A stretch of DNA of 64,000 nt from NCBI GenBank assembly GCA_951406725.2, contig OX597823.1, positions 102,796,001 through 102,860,000 of the forward strand, given 5' to 3'. A program made the translations under genes and the position numbers. Shown here piece after piece: positions 51,644 through 64,000 of this stretch. Below the pieces are notes generated by a model, which saw only the letters and a program-made list of their open reading frames with translations, did no database searches and had not been told where the DNA came from. Position 1 is the first letter of the stretch, and every line of letters starts with the position of its first letter. The stretch comes from Octopus vulgaris (taxonomy: Eukaryota).

Positions 51644-52778
51644 CGCACAATAATAACATTATTAAAAAAAATTAACCGATGAACAGAATAGTTATTTTTT
51701 TTTAATATAAGAAGAGTTCATTAAGTTGAATAATTATTTTGCCGTGAATCTAATGTTTCAGGCAAGACTCTTAGATAAGGGAGAGATAGAAGGAATGTCC
51801 CTTCATTACAGCAACATAATCTTTATAATTCGTTTACGTCTCAGTACTCGACTAGTACTTATTTTATCGGCTCCGTAAAGGATGAAATGCCAAATGGCTG
51901 TCGGCGGAATTTGAACTCAGAACGAAAAGAAATGTCAACTAAGCCTTTTTGATCGACATCCTAACGATTCAATCAGCTTGCCGAACTTTCTACTTTCCGA
52001 TTCTCTTGTAGTTAGTAATCGACGGTGTAGATAACATAAAACTCTTGTTTTACTTTCATTTTCCCACAGCTAAGAGGCTACATTTATGAATGCATTTGTT
52101 TTGTAAATATGAAAATAAGGAAGACTGAAGCTCAATAAAACTGTATAGGGTGTTGTTTTGAACTGTTTTCAGTGTTCTTATGTTACATGCATATGAGGGA
52201 AAATAGTGAAGTTGGATGTTTATGCTCATGCAAGATTCTAAAGGACCAATTTAGTCGTTCACAATACAAGTTGTGAAGAAAGACTTGCATTTCCTATATC
52301 TATAACCTTTATAAACTTTTTATGACCAATGATCACCAATTTCTTTACTATGTCTCTGACGCTGATAGCATTCTTTTCTAATATAAAATTCCATGCACAT
52401 CCTATAGGATGTTTTATAACAGTATACTTGGCTTCTGAGGGATCCCAATGTTCTATGGGTAAAAAAAATCTGGGGTTCTGCGAGATAACGTACCATTTAG
52501 CAAAATCAAATTAAAAAATTTGAGTTTTTTTTTAACCAAATGCTATTCATCATTTTCAAAATAACGAGGGACAATTTGTATTACACCTGTCTCACTTTGA
52601 GGGTGAAATTTATGTTTTTTCAATGGGTTTTGATTTGGTTTGAACTAATCTGACCTTCGAAACTTTAAAAATTATTCATTCTCTAGATAATCCGCTCCTT
52701 AAAATAAGTCGAAAGTAAATCGGAAAGTTAACCATTTTCAGAGCCTTATATATATATATGTATATATATATATATGTC

Positions 52779-52827
<49 letters not shown>

Positions 52828-52882
52828 GATTGTATATATATGTATATATATGTGTGTGCGTGTATGTATATATATATGTATG

Positions 52883-53422
52883 TCAGGTCACTTTCAAGTG
52901 CTACTGGTAACATGTAACCCAATACAACCTGTTGCATGGTCGGGTAATCGGCGACTAAACCGGCAACCCCACCAAGCTTGCTTGGTGAGGAGTGTGTTTA
53001 TTGGACACCCTGCGGGATGAAAAACAAAACCCGTCAAAGGGCGGAGGAACTCTTGAGAGTCAACAGCCGTCCAATAAATGTCTTAAGGCTGTAATCATGC
53101 GCGGGGACATAGAAATAATCGGACTGAATACCTGATCGCGTGATTAAATCATTGGGAGTGAAGGACTCCTAGCCTTTGTTAGGGCATCCTTCTAGGAGAT
53201 GATAACTCCGACATAAAACCTGTGGCTCAGTGGTTACCGATGATGTTGACTTGTTCTTCTTTTGGGATTATGGCTGCTGTTGCTTAGTGAGTGGGATTGA
53301 CTCAGTGCACAGCCTTTCCTCACTTTAAAAAAAAAAAATCTTCTTGCACAGGCATTGCATGATAACAACATTGATTAAGCTTCGTGCAATGGCCATACTC
53401 GATAACGAGGGGGCAGCCACCA
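52883..53422 (+). mobile_element. Non-autonomous RTE-related element inserted in a (TA)n tract
   Basis: About 540 bp, GC-richer, no recognisable coding homology. RTE 5'UTR-like motif ggagatgataactccgacataaaacc. The 3' end ccatactcgataacgagggggcagccacca resembles the tail of the RTE at 55620-55657. Confidence 0.55.
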
Positions 53423-53437
53423 TATATATGTATGTAT

Positions 53438-53510
<73 letters not shown>

Positions 53511-53552
53511 TATGTATGTTTGTATATATATATATGTATGTTTGTATATATA

Positions 53553-53616
<64 letters not shown>

Positions 53617-53666
53617 AATAATGAGGAGATAAATTAATATTAATTTTAATATCAATTTAAAACCAG

Positions 53667-53698
<32 letters not shown>

Positions 53699-53742
53699 AA
53701 TAATGAGGGAGATAAATTAATATTAATATCAATTTAAAACCA

Positions 53743-53811
<69 letters not shown>

Positions 53812-54319
53812 GGCTGTTTGGTTGAGAAACTTGTGACCCAATAATGTGGTCTTAGATTCAGTCCCACTACATGGCACCTTGAGCAAGTGTCTTCTACTAT
53901 AACCCTTCACCAACCAAAAGCTTTTTGCATGCTTTATTGGGGTTACACAGAATTAACTGAGGCAAATTTTGTAAAACCACTTATCCCTGCCTCTAACCTT
54001 TGCATGTTTCCAAGCAAGGTCATATTCCTCTTAACCCAACATGCTTTTATAGAATATTACAAATGAATGACACTGCTTGTATGACAGTGACACTCATTTA
54101 CAACTATCATGCAATATCAAATCAGGGAGGCTCAAACATATCAAGTTACTTTGTTTTTATTGGACTGTTGAAAAAACTGTATTGGTGACAGCAAGTCGAA
54201 TCTCACTGCACAAAGTTAGTAACAAGAATCCATTTGAGTTCATTTGGTCAAGAAATGTAATCTGTTCCAATACAGGCATTTTATCTTGATTCTATTTTAA
54301 TTGGAAATTCAGTTCAATA

Positions 54320-54730
54320 ACATTCATAAATTAGAAAAGAACTTATCTTTAGCTGCATCTGTAGAACCAAGTGTTGGTGCATATGCGCTTACTGGAGTCA
54401 CATATGTTTCTAGGCCAATTGGGATTTGCAGTAACATAAGATGATTGTTAATTCCATTTGGTAAGGATTCTAATTTATGTACAATATCATTACTAATAAT
54501 AAACCCACACAGATTCTCTTTTTTCTGCCTCTGATTTACCAATCCAGAAGACAGTGTACTTTCCAGCTACTTCATTCAACTGACCAGAATCTGGTAGCCT
54601 TGTCTCTGAAACACCAGCAATACTAACATTTTCACTTCTCAGAAACTGAGCTTTGAGTGTTGTTTTGCACTCAGGATACTTCTTGTGGTCCTGGGGGTGT
54701 GTGTACATTCCAAACTGCTATACTCATATC
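54320..54730 (-). mobile_element. RTE-type APE endonuclease fragment (older LINE copy)
   Basis: IAGVSETRLPDSGQLNEVAGKYTVFWIGK and VSAYAPTLGSTDAAKDKFF motifs. Confidence 0.8.
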
Positions 54731-54878
54731 TGTTTCTCTGCCCTTCTCCCTTTGTCTTCTCATAGTTTTTCAACTGCATGGTTGAAAGTCCAGTCATTGG
54801 CAATATAATGAAAGGGTTGTGTGAGAAGAAAACATAAACTGTGGAGTTGCTCGCATAAATTTCACAGAACTGCCATCT

Positions 54879-55530
54879 ATTGGGTCATCCCATAAATAAT
54901 GCATTTTTTTATACTTCTTTTATTTTTCAAAAAAGTTCTTTTTTAATCTAAAATATATTCTCGTTCATTTTCTACAATGCTCTTCCATCTATCTGGTAGA
55001 CTTGCAAGGCCCCTCTTCCAAAATTCACTTGTCTGTGATGAAAAATACTCCTCCAGTACTGTTCTGACCTCATCTACAGAATTCATATTTTTTCCCTCCA
55101 AATGATTTTGAAAACTGCTGAATAAATGATAAGATGGGGCAATGTCCAGTGAATATGGTGGGTAGGGGATCGTTTCCCATTCAAACTGCTCCAACCTTTG
55201 GAATGTCATCCTTGTTGTATGTGACCAAAGATTATTCTGATGGAAGGACACCTTTCGTCTTGAAACCAAAGATGGTTGTTTTTCTTATAGTGCTGACTGT
55301 AAATCTCCTTTGTTATTGTTTGGTTTGGGTTTCAAAATAGATAACAACACCTTACGTGAATGAAGACCTTTTTTTAGCCTGGGGTGCCAGTGTTTCTCCT
55401 TTCCCTACCCACTGTTTTCAGTGCTTCACATTTTTATAGAGAACCCATTTCTTGTCACCAGTCACTATTCGGTCCAAAAAAGGTTCATTCATGAGACGTG
55501 ACAGCAAAGAAGACCACACATCCACTCTCT
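54879..55530 (-). mobile_element. Mariner (DD34D-type) transposase remnant with 3' terminus
   Basis: FLDRIVTGDKKWVLY and WETIPYPPYSLDIAPSYHLF motifs. TIR-like end TA-ttgggtcatcccataaataatgc. Confidence 0.85.
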
Positions 55531-55617
55531 GGAAACAAAGCACACTGCTTGTATGACAGTGACACTCATTTACAACTATTATAGTGCAAGGTAACAGTAG
55601 CACACTCATGCATGCAT

Positions 55618-57967
55618 GATGATGATGGCAATCCCTCAAGGTCGAGGATGATGGTCTTCACGCAAATTTACTGGTGAATCTGTAGGTGACCGATAAGACC
55701 AATTCTTCTTTGAAAAGATCGGTCGCAGTGCGGACATCTAGTGCCGGAAGGGAGAGTTGCACGTGGTTGTTGTTGGCACTCCTTCCGTCGTCGTCTTTTC
55801 TCCTCCAGCTCTGCAGACCTTTTCGACTCGAAAGTCGCCATTCCCTCATGGATGGTGGTTTTCCAGAGTGGTCTGTTTTTTGCCGTTTCCTCCCAGTTAG
55901 TGAAGTCGATGTCACACTTTTTGAGGTTCGTTTTCTGGGAGTCTTTGTAGCGTTTCTTCTGGCCTCCTTTTGTACGCTTGCCGTCTTTGAGTTGGGAGTA
56001 GAAGATCTGTTTGGGAAGTCATTCGTCAGTCATTCTAACCACGTGGCCACTCCATCTTAGTTGGCCTTTGATGACATAGGCTTCGATGCTGGTCATTTTT
56101 GCTTCTTGTAGCACACTGACGTTTGTTCTTCCCAGCTGATGTTAAGGATCTTCCGAAGACAGCGTTGGTGAAATTTCTCGAGCGTTTTCAGGTGGTGACT
56201 ATACGGGGTCCAGGTTTCGGAATGCGTAAAGGAGGGTTGGAATAATGACTGCCCTGTACACCATGAGTTTGGTTTCAGTTCGGATGTCCCGATCAGCAAA
56301 AACTCTTGTTCGAAGCTTGCTGAAAGCTGTTCCTGCACACCTCAGACAGTGTTGGATTTCATCGTTGAGGTCTACCTTTGCTGACAGATGGCTCCCAAGG
56401 TAGCAGAAATGGTTCACATTTTCCAGTGGAATTCCTTCGAGTTGAATCGATGGCGGGTTGTCAGCACAGCCATTGGGAGGAAGTTAGTAGAGTAAGTGAG
56501 TCTTCTTGATGTTGATGCTCAGTCCAAGTTTAGTATATGCATGATGAAAAGCATTTAGGATCAGTTGGAGGTGATCCTCTCTGTAAGCTGCTACACTGTT
56601 GTTGTCGGCATATTGGAACTCTAGCAAGCTTCGCACCATTGTCTTTGACGTACTTTTGAGGCGAGCAAGGTTGAAAAGCTTGCCGTCCATTCTGTACGAG
56701 ATCTCGATGCCAGGTGGAAGGTCATCTCATGTGATGTGCAACACTGTCGCGATAAAGCTGGTAAAGAGAGTTGGCACTATCACGGAGGTGACTTTAAAGG
56801 GCTCAGAACTGCCTCCGTTGGTCTGGACTCTGGCGTGCATATTGTCGTGGAGGAGTTTGAGGATCTGGATGAATTTATCTGGGCATCTATACTGGGCGAG
56901 AATATCCAGAGGAGCTCTCACGAGACACGATCAAAGGCTTTGGATAGGTCAATAAAGGCCAAATAGAGTGGTTGGTGTTGCTCACAACATTTTTCTTGTA
57001 GCTGTCGCAGCATAAAGATCATGTTGGTTGTGCTTCGTGATGGCCTAAAGCCAGTCTGCGTCTCAGGAAGGATCCTCTCTGACAGCGTTTTGAGGCGGTT
57101 GTTCAGGATACGTGCAAGAATCTTCCCAGCAGTTGCTAATAAGGAAATACCCCGGTAATTTCCACACTCAGAATGATCGCCCTTTCGTTTGTAAATGGTA
57201 ATGATGTTAGCATCCCTGAAGTCGGATGGTACAACTTCATTTGTCCAGATTTTGACCAAGAGTTGGTGGAGCTGGTGTTGGACAAAATCACCTCCCAGTT
57301 TGTAGATCTCAGCTGGGATTCCGTCAGAACCCGCGGCTTTGTTGTTCTTCATCGCTGTGATAGCAATTTTGACCTCTTCGAGGGATGGAATTCGAGCAAG
57401 AGAGTAATCTTTGGCCTCTTTAGGAATCATGTCAAGTATGCTTTTGTCGATGGTAGCCTTGTGATTGAGGAGGTCATCGAAGTGTTCTCTCCATCTGTCT
57501 CCTATTTCGGTGTTGCTTTTCAGGATGGTCGCTCTGTCTTTACTCTTCAGAGGAGCCTGTCCATGTGTGGAAGGTCCGTATATTTCCCTCGTGGCTTTGA
57601 AGAACCCTCTGGTGTCGTTTACATCTGCTAGCTGCTGGATTTCACGAGATTTGTGTCTCCACCACTGGTTCTTCAGGGTACGGATTGTCCTTTGAACTGC
57701 GGCTTTGCACTTTTTGAAAGACTCTCGTTTAGTGGCAGACTTTGGATCATTCTGTGAGCTGATGAAAGCTTTCCGTTTTTGGTCAATCAGTTCTTTGAGA
57801 GCTTCATCATTGTCGTTGAACCAGTCCTGGTGTTTCCTTTTCTTGCGACCGATGGTTTCTTCGCAAGCGGTGATGACTCGTGTCGCTTTCCAGCAGTGCC
57901 TACAGGTCAATCTTCAAAATAAGACTCCAAACCATCTCGTCAAAGAAAATTGGAACCTGCTGAAAGC
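55618..57967 (-). mobile_element. RTE-clade LINE, 5'-truncated, with a 5' inversion; RT remnant
   Basis: KAAGSDGIPAE, NYRGISLLATAGKILARIL, AFIDLSKAFD, QYADN (YADD decayed), YLGS. (CAT)n 3' tail. TSD gcatgcat at 55610-55617 and 57966-57973. Frameshifts and stops are present. Confidence 0.93.
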
Positions 57968-58174
57968 ATGCATACATAAGTGTATTGTATATAAACATGA
58001 GATGGGCTTCTTTCAGGGTTTCTGTCTACCAAATCCACTCACTAAGCTTTGGTTGGCCTAGGGCTGTAATAGAAGACACTTACTTGAAGTGCCTCATATT
58101 AGTACTGAACCTATGCAAACATACATAGACATACATACATATATACATACATGCACGCATACATACATACATAT

Positions 58175-58665
58175 ATGTTAGGATTGCCTGCACGGACCCA
58201 TACAACAGACAAACAACATCAACAGTGTTGCCGATTGTCTGCCAATGATCTTCATGCACAAGATGATGAATTTTCTCCATATTTCCAAGGGGTGACACTC
58301 ATGGCTGGCCTTCCAGATCACTCTTCTGCTTTTGAAGCACTCATGCCACATGAAACATTGTGTACCACCCATTGCCTCATCACTGTAAGCTTGCCAAAGC
58401 ACGCTTGATGTCTCCATAGCAGACTTCACAAGTTTAACGCAAAATTTCATGTTGGCTCTTTGTTCCAACTTCCTGTCCATAAAAATCACAGACTACGGCA
58501 TACACATGATCTCAAAAACACAAATTTCACAATTTGTGAAGTAAACACAGTAATATCACTCGGCACACTGCCCCATGAAGGTCATTGCTAGCTCTCACTG
58601 TGCACGCAACCACGTGCTGCCATTTGTTGGCACACTACAGAACTAGTCCAGAACTTTTTCATATT
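58175..58665 (-). mobile_element. Mariner transposase N-terminal (HTH) remnant
   Basis: MDRKLEQRANMKFCVKLVKSAMETSSVLWQAYSDEAM...WHECFKSRR is a typical mariner DNA-binding domain. Confidence 0.8.
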
Positions 58666-59516
58666 GTGTGTTCATAGCTTGATTTGCATTCTCTCTGCCT
58701 TTCACCCCTCTGAGGTCAATAAATAAAGTATCATTATAAATCAATGGACTGGTGGAAACATTTGAGCTTGGTAGTTTTTGTTCTGGATCTTTGCATTCTG
58801 AGTTCAAATACCACCATGGCCTATTTGGATGATAGACTTAATTTAACATCTAAGATTTAACATTTCCACTTTGGCAGACTCCAGTTACAATTTTCTTCAG
58901 GTTGAGTAGCCCATCCCACTCAAAAGGTCCCTGAATAAGGTTTGAGGATGTTGAACGAAACAGCCATGTTTCCAAGGTGAACTATTCAAACCCTCAAAGA
59001 ATTCCTCTCAACACATGGCTATGATGCTCCGCAACTACTTCTGCTCATGATCAGAGTTGCACATATCATCAGCCACTAAGGGACATGATCAACTGGTTAA
59101 GGTCAAACAACTGACAAGCAAATCTGTGGTATTGAGCAGAATATTTGCCTTAGCCCATCTTTTATACCAAGACAAAAACAATGTATATGATAACACTTCC
59201 AATCAGTTAAGATCAGAAGCCATGAGAGCCACTGCCTGGTACTGCATCAGGGCATTCTTCTTCTTCCCCCCCCCACCACTACCACCATCATTATGAAGGT
59301 GGTAAGATGGCAGAATTGTTAGCATGCAGGGCAAAATACTGAGTGGCATTTCGTCCATCTTTACATTTTGAGTTCAAATTCTGCTGAGGTCAACTTTACC
59401 TTTCATCCTTTTGGGGTTGGTAAATTAAGTACCAGTTGAACACTGGGATCAATGTAATTGGCTCATTCCCACCCCACCCCCAAATTGCTGCCCTTGTGGC
59501 AAAGTTTGAAACCATT

Positions 59517-59883
59517 ATTACCTCTGTCTTGGCGAAGGTGGAGGTATTGTTTTCAGTTATATTTGTTTGTCCATGGACAAGATATCTCAAGAACCGCTGA
59601 ATGGATTCAGATGAAACTTTCAGGGATGCTTGACCTCGTGACTGGCACAAACTGATTAGACTTTGGGATCAATCCAGTACCGGACAAGGATTCTGGATTA
59701 TTTTTCCTGTTTTTTTTTTACTTAACTTTTGAGAGCGGTCAGGTTAATTTTTAGTATTCTCGTTTGTGAGTGCAGTCGAGTTTATTTTGGATATTCTCAT
59801 TTTAAAAATCGTCTCTGGCTAATCATTGAGAGGACGTTAGGGTTGCCTTGGCGGAGGTTTGCGCTCTCTTGAGTGCTCTTGTT
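59517..59883 (+). mobile_element. Helentron-associated (DINE-1/HINE-like) non-autonomous element
   Basis: 5' ttattacctctgtcttggcgaaggtggaggtatt, subterminal cttggcggagg, 3' hairpin gcgctct..gagtgc, T-rich insertion site within a SINE tail. Confidence 0.7.
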
Positions 59884-61129
59884 ATTATTCTTTGTTTTGT
59901 CCTGTACTGTTCATTGTTTTTCTTAATGTAAACCTTTGTGGTTAATAAAGAAATCATTGGTAAGCTGACAGAATCGTTAGTGCATCGAACAAAATGTTTA
60001 GCAGCATTTCTTCTAGTTCTTTACGTTTTGAGTTCAAGTCCTGTCGAAGTCACCTTTGCTTTTCATCCTTTCGAGGACGATAAAACAAAGTACTAGTCAA
60101 GAACTAGGATCGATGTAATTGGTTTGTTCCATCCCCTTAAAATTGCTGGTATTGTGCCAAAGTTAGAAAGAATCGTTATTTGTTGTAGTAAGGCGGCAAG
60201 CTGGCAAAATTATTCGAGCGTCAGAAAGATGCTGTGCGGTATTTCTTACGATTCGTTACGTTCTGGGTTCAAGTTCGACTGACGTCGTTATCGCTTTTAG
60301 ATGTAATCGACTGGCCCCTTTCCCCCAGAGTTAAGGCCTTATGCCAATAGTAGAAAGGATTATTATTCTTAGTCTTAAAGAAAGCCTTAATGTACACAAT
60401 TAATAGAAAACTAGGAATAATATTTTTACGAAACGATATTTTTTTGTGTAAACTATAAATGTAAATCTAAGGGAGCTAAGTCTTTCATCAATGGTTAATA
60501 GATACACTTTTACAAAGAACATTAAATATAATTCTTTAAAAAAAATCAATTAATGATCCCTAACTTCATTACTTCCATACTGATGGAAAATAAGCAGGTA
60601 TTAAATGCTCCAAATTCGGAAGAAAATCGGGAGCATTTAAGCATCTTTAACCGCAAGGAGAATTAATTTTAAAATATATTGAAAAGGTTGCAAGACGCAA
60701 CGAAAATTTTAGGAAAATAAAAATAAGAAAAAAGTGGAAATTCTACTGGTGAGTGTGTTACATTATAAGGCACAAAAAGAAAACGACTCTCCCCAGACAC
60801 AACAGAATATGCTTCAGCTCACGAACTCATATAAAGAATCTTGCAAACCAAATCCAAAAACGAAATAATATTTTTTAAAAATGCTAAAATTATAAAAAAA
60901 AATAGCTACTGATTTTTTATTACCCACAAGGGGCCAACAAAGAGGGGACAATACAATCTGATTTTGGGGTCAGATGAGCGAATGATTATACAAAAAAGAT
61001 GACATTAAACATTTTACAAAAATAAGAAAATCTAAAAAAACTTTTTAAAAAATAGCTACGTTTTTCCTTTCAAACGGGTACTTTGTTTAATTAGAAAACG
61101 AAATTAACAGATCCAAGAACTGTAATTGT

Positions 61130-61643
61130 AGTAGTTCGAGTACGTTGTCGCTAGAGGACGCCACAAGTCATCCGTCGTTGAGCGACATTTTCTCTTCCCT
61201 CATTTCCTCCTCAATCTTCAACACCTTTTTTCTTCTTCTTTAAATCTACTTTGTGTGTTTTTTTTTTTACTTCCTCCCACCGTCTGATGTGTATTCTGTA
61301 TTATCGCCATTGTACCGTCTCTTTCCTTTTGTATCAGTGAGAGGAGAGAGAGAGCGAGTGCAAAAGCCTCAAGTTGCTTAAAGAAAGAGTGAGAGAAGGT
61401 GCGTGTGTTCAGAGCTTTATACACACACACGTCTGTGTGTGTATGTATATATTATATACATTACATCTATGTATAAAATAGATAATTAATTATCATCATC
61501 GAACCAGAACTGCTGCTAGTTAGATCATATTTGCTATTTTTATATTTATTTCTGTTCTGTAAATACCTCTGACACTCGGGGGTCAACTATTATTATTAGC
61601 AGTAGAATCACAAACCCAATTTCTTTACGACATAAATGAAGAA
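61130..61643 (+). promoter_or_regulatory. Probable promoter/5' UTR of the plus-strand gene
   Basis: Local CpG enrichment (gtacgttgtcgctagaggacgcc...ccgtcgttgagcgac), free of SINEs, and ends in an ATG plus donor site. Confidence 0.45.
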
Positions 61644-61659
61644 ATGAGCAGTGTCCGAG
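61644..61659 (+). CDS. Putative first coding exon (MSSVR...) of an unidentified gene continuing beyond the window
   Basis: ATG AGC AGT GTC CGA G followed by a strong donor gtgagt, at the end of a CpG-enriched, pyrimidine-rich leader starting near 61140. No downstream exon was identified. Confidence 0.5.
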
Positions 61660-62664
61660 GTGAGTGCTAATTATGTTTTATTCCTATAAATGTGTATTGC
61701 TACAGAGTTTATTGTTTTACATAGTTATAATTTATGGAGTATTCCATTTCTCTTTGCCTTTGTTGTTTCGTCTTTGTATCATCCTTGATGTCCTTGTGGC
61801 AAATAAGCTTCATATTTATAAATAATCTAATGTATTTTCAGATTTGTAATATTTTCATATCAAGTTCTTTCTTTTCAATTTTGTTTTTGTAATTTCCTTT
61901 ATGATAACTGATAGCTTTTTATTTTCTCTTCCCTCACTTTTAAATGTTCCTCTTCTCTATTTCTAACACCTTCTCTTCCGTTTCTCGACCATCTTATTAC
62001 CATTGACCAGGATTTTTTGTTAAATCTCACAAAATCTTTCTCCAAATTCTATTATTACACTTAACTGAACTATGGACGAGATTTAGTTTAACGGTAAAAA
62101 TGAAAAAATGAAACTAGGAAAATACAAAAGAAAACCCAAACTTATGTGGTGTGAGATAAAAATTAGGTCTTTGTGTTGATAGAGAATGTCACTAGTGGTT
62201 TATTTTCATTGCCTTTTAAATGGCCTTGCTCGTTGAGATAGTTTTGTTTTATAATTTTAGCTTTTTTAAAGTGATTCTAAGTGATCGATCAGTATGTTTT
62301 CCAAATATAATTTAGCAATTTATTTTGGGGATTAAACATATTTCATGCCTATGTTTCAATTTTGATATTTATTTCTTTTATGATGTATACTCACAAATGC
62401 CCACCCACATTTAATTTGTTCTATTTATTAGTAAAAAAAAAAGCAAAATAACGATTTATAGCTCATATGTTGTTTAATGTCAGTATTGCTAACATACATA
62501 TGACACATAAATACGCACACAAACACACAGCTGTGTATATTCACATACACACATGCGTGTGTACTCTATATATTCTCTCCCTCTGTATATATATATATAT
62601 ATATATACTTTGGCTGTTATTTCTAGTGGGTGAATGGCCTATTATGGCCGTTCCTTTATTGTTG

Positions 62665-62697
<33 letters not shown>

Positions 62698-64000
62698 TCA
62701 AAACACATGACCAAGTGTAGTATAATAGTTTCAACCACTGCTAAAACAAAAGATAGAATTATATAAATATTGCAGAATAAAAATTTTATCCTGCGTATTG
62801 CCTCAGAAGTGAACTAGTAATTGTATCCCAACACACACACACACACACACACACACAGAGCTTCTGTCATTGTCCTTTTCCTACATGTGTTTTCTACGTT
62901 ATTTGTTTCTTGAATTTAAAGTATTTGCCTGTCTGATTTCGGTTTCAAGTACTGCTCGCCGTTCTCAAAGCGATGAAAGATCTATTTCCTCAAAAGATCT
63001 CTAAAGTGGATCATGGCATTCAATTAATAGAAAACAACCCGACTTGTTTGCCTCGAGACACTGAAATTGATTTTTTTTCCCTTCTTCACTATTTTTTCTT
63101 TATAAATTAAATGTCAGGTGAAAATCATTAACGGTTAACTGAAAATGTTGACATTTTTATCGAGAATTTGTACTTTTACATTTTAGTAGAAAGCTATTGT
63201 TTATATATTTTCATAGATTTTTTGGTTCATTCTCTTCTACCCCCTCCGCACAAAATATACGAAAAATTATATTCTTAAAATATAAAAAAAAATTAAGTTA
63301 ATAATAACCAGAATAAAAATTTTGAACATCCACTTTACATCATTTTGGTTCACGTGGTTAAGACAAGTGCTCAGAATGAGCAAATCCATTCTCTGATTGG
63401 AAACAAAAGAGCAGTTTTAAAAGAAGATAGAAAGAGACAAAAAAAATGGGTGACCAATTTTGTTTTGAGAAAACTACAAAAGGAAGAGTAACCGACATGG
63501 TTGCCAAAGTAGTTGTATAAATCTGGTGGAAAACAGGATACGTGTGAAACGAATGAAAAGTCCTTTAGTTTCTTTATCCCATGTTGGCATATGTGAAATT
63601 TGCTACAGCTGCTCGCCAGCTAATTTTTCTGAGAATTCATCTGTGAGAAAGTAAGAAAACAAAGAATTGTGGTTTTCAATTGCCTCGATGAATTCAGGCG
63701 GAAATAACTGGAAGACATTTCGAAATGCAAAGCCAAACAAAACTGAGATTGGTTGATGCTCAGAGAGAAATGAGTAGTGTAATGGATTATTATGTATGTT
63801 GGATATAAAAATAGTGTGACGTTGATGGTTGAGGTAGAACAAAGAAAATATGGCAGATTAGAAAATGTTTAGCGTTGCAGGGAAAAGATGGTACAGGACC
63901 TAGGGAACCCCATAGAGACAGGTATCTGGCTCCTGCCAGTTCACAGATTGGTAGTAAAATTAATGATTAGGAAGAAAGTTTTATGGGTGTTGTGAACTTA

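Noticed and set aside
57173-57695. Plus-strand ORFs of 152 and 76 aa
   Set aside because: They are antisense shadows of the RTE reverse transcriptase ORF.
63603-63842. 79-aa minus-strand ORF
   Set aside because: Non-ATG start, no recognisable domain and no convincing splice context.

Overview
AT-rich eukaryotic genomic DNA with dense (TA)n/(CA)n/(CAT)n microsatellites and abundant tRNA-derived SINEs. The repeat families look like those of an Octopus (coleoid cephalopod) genome, which is an inference from recall. Two complete spliced genes could be assembled by hand on the minus strand with consistent GT-AG phases: a 4-exon ankyrin-repeat/SOCS-box gene (ASB1-like, 291 aa, 24323-35248) and a 5-exon RWDD3/RSUME orthologue (299 aa, 42680-51372). 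A probable first exon of a plus-strand gene lies near 61.1-61.7 kb, and there are possible non-coding exons at 5-13 kb. The rest is a transposon graveyard: RTE, R4/Dong-like, Hero-like and Penelope-like retroelements, DD34D mariner, DD37D maT, hAT, Helentron-like elements and MITEs. The most notable observations are several hammerhead-ribozyme motifs (one intact, and one with its three strands in reversed order in the 3' end of a Hero-like element), an RTE LINE with a twin-priming-type 5' inversion, an 18x49-bp minisatellite derived from a SINE core, and a chain of uORFs ahead of the ASB gene. No prokaryotic-type system (CRISPR etc.) is present. Most ORFs in the supplied track are spurious translations of repeats.
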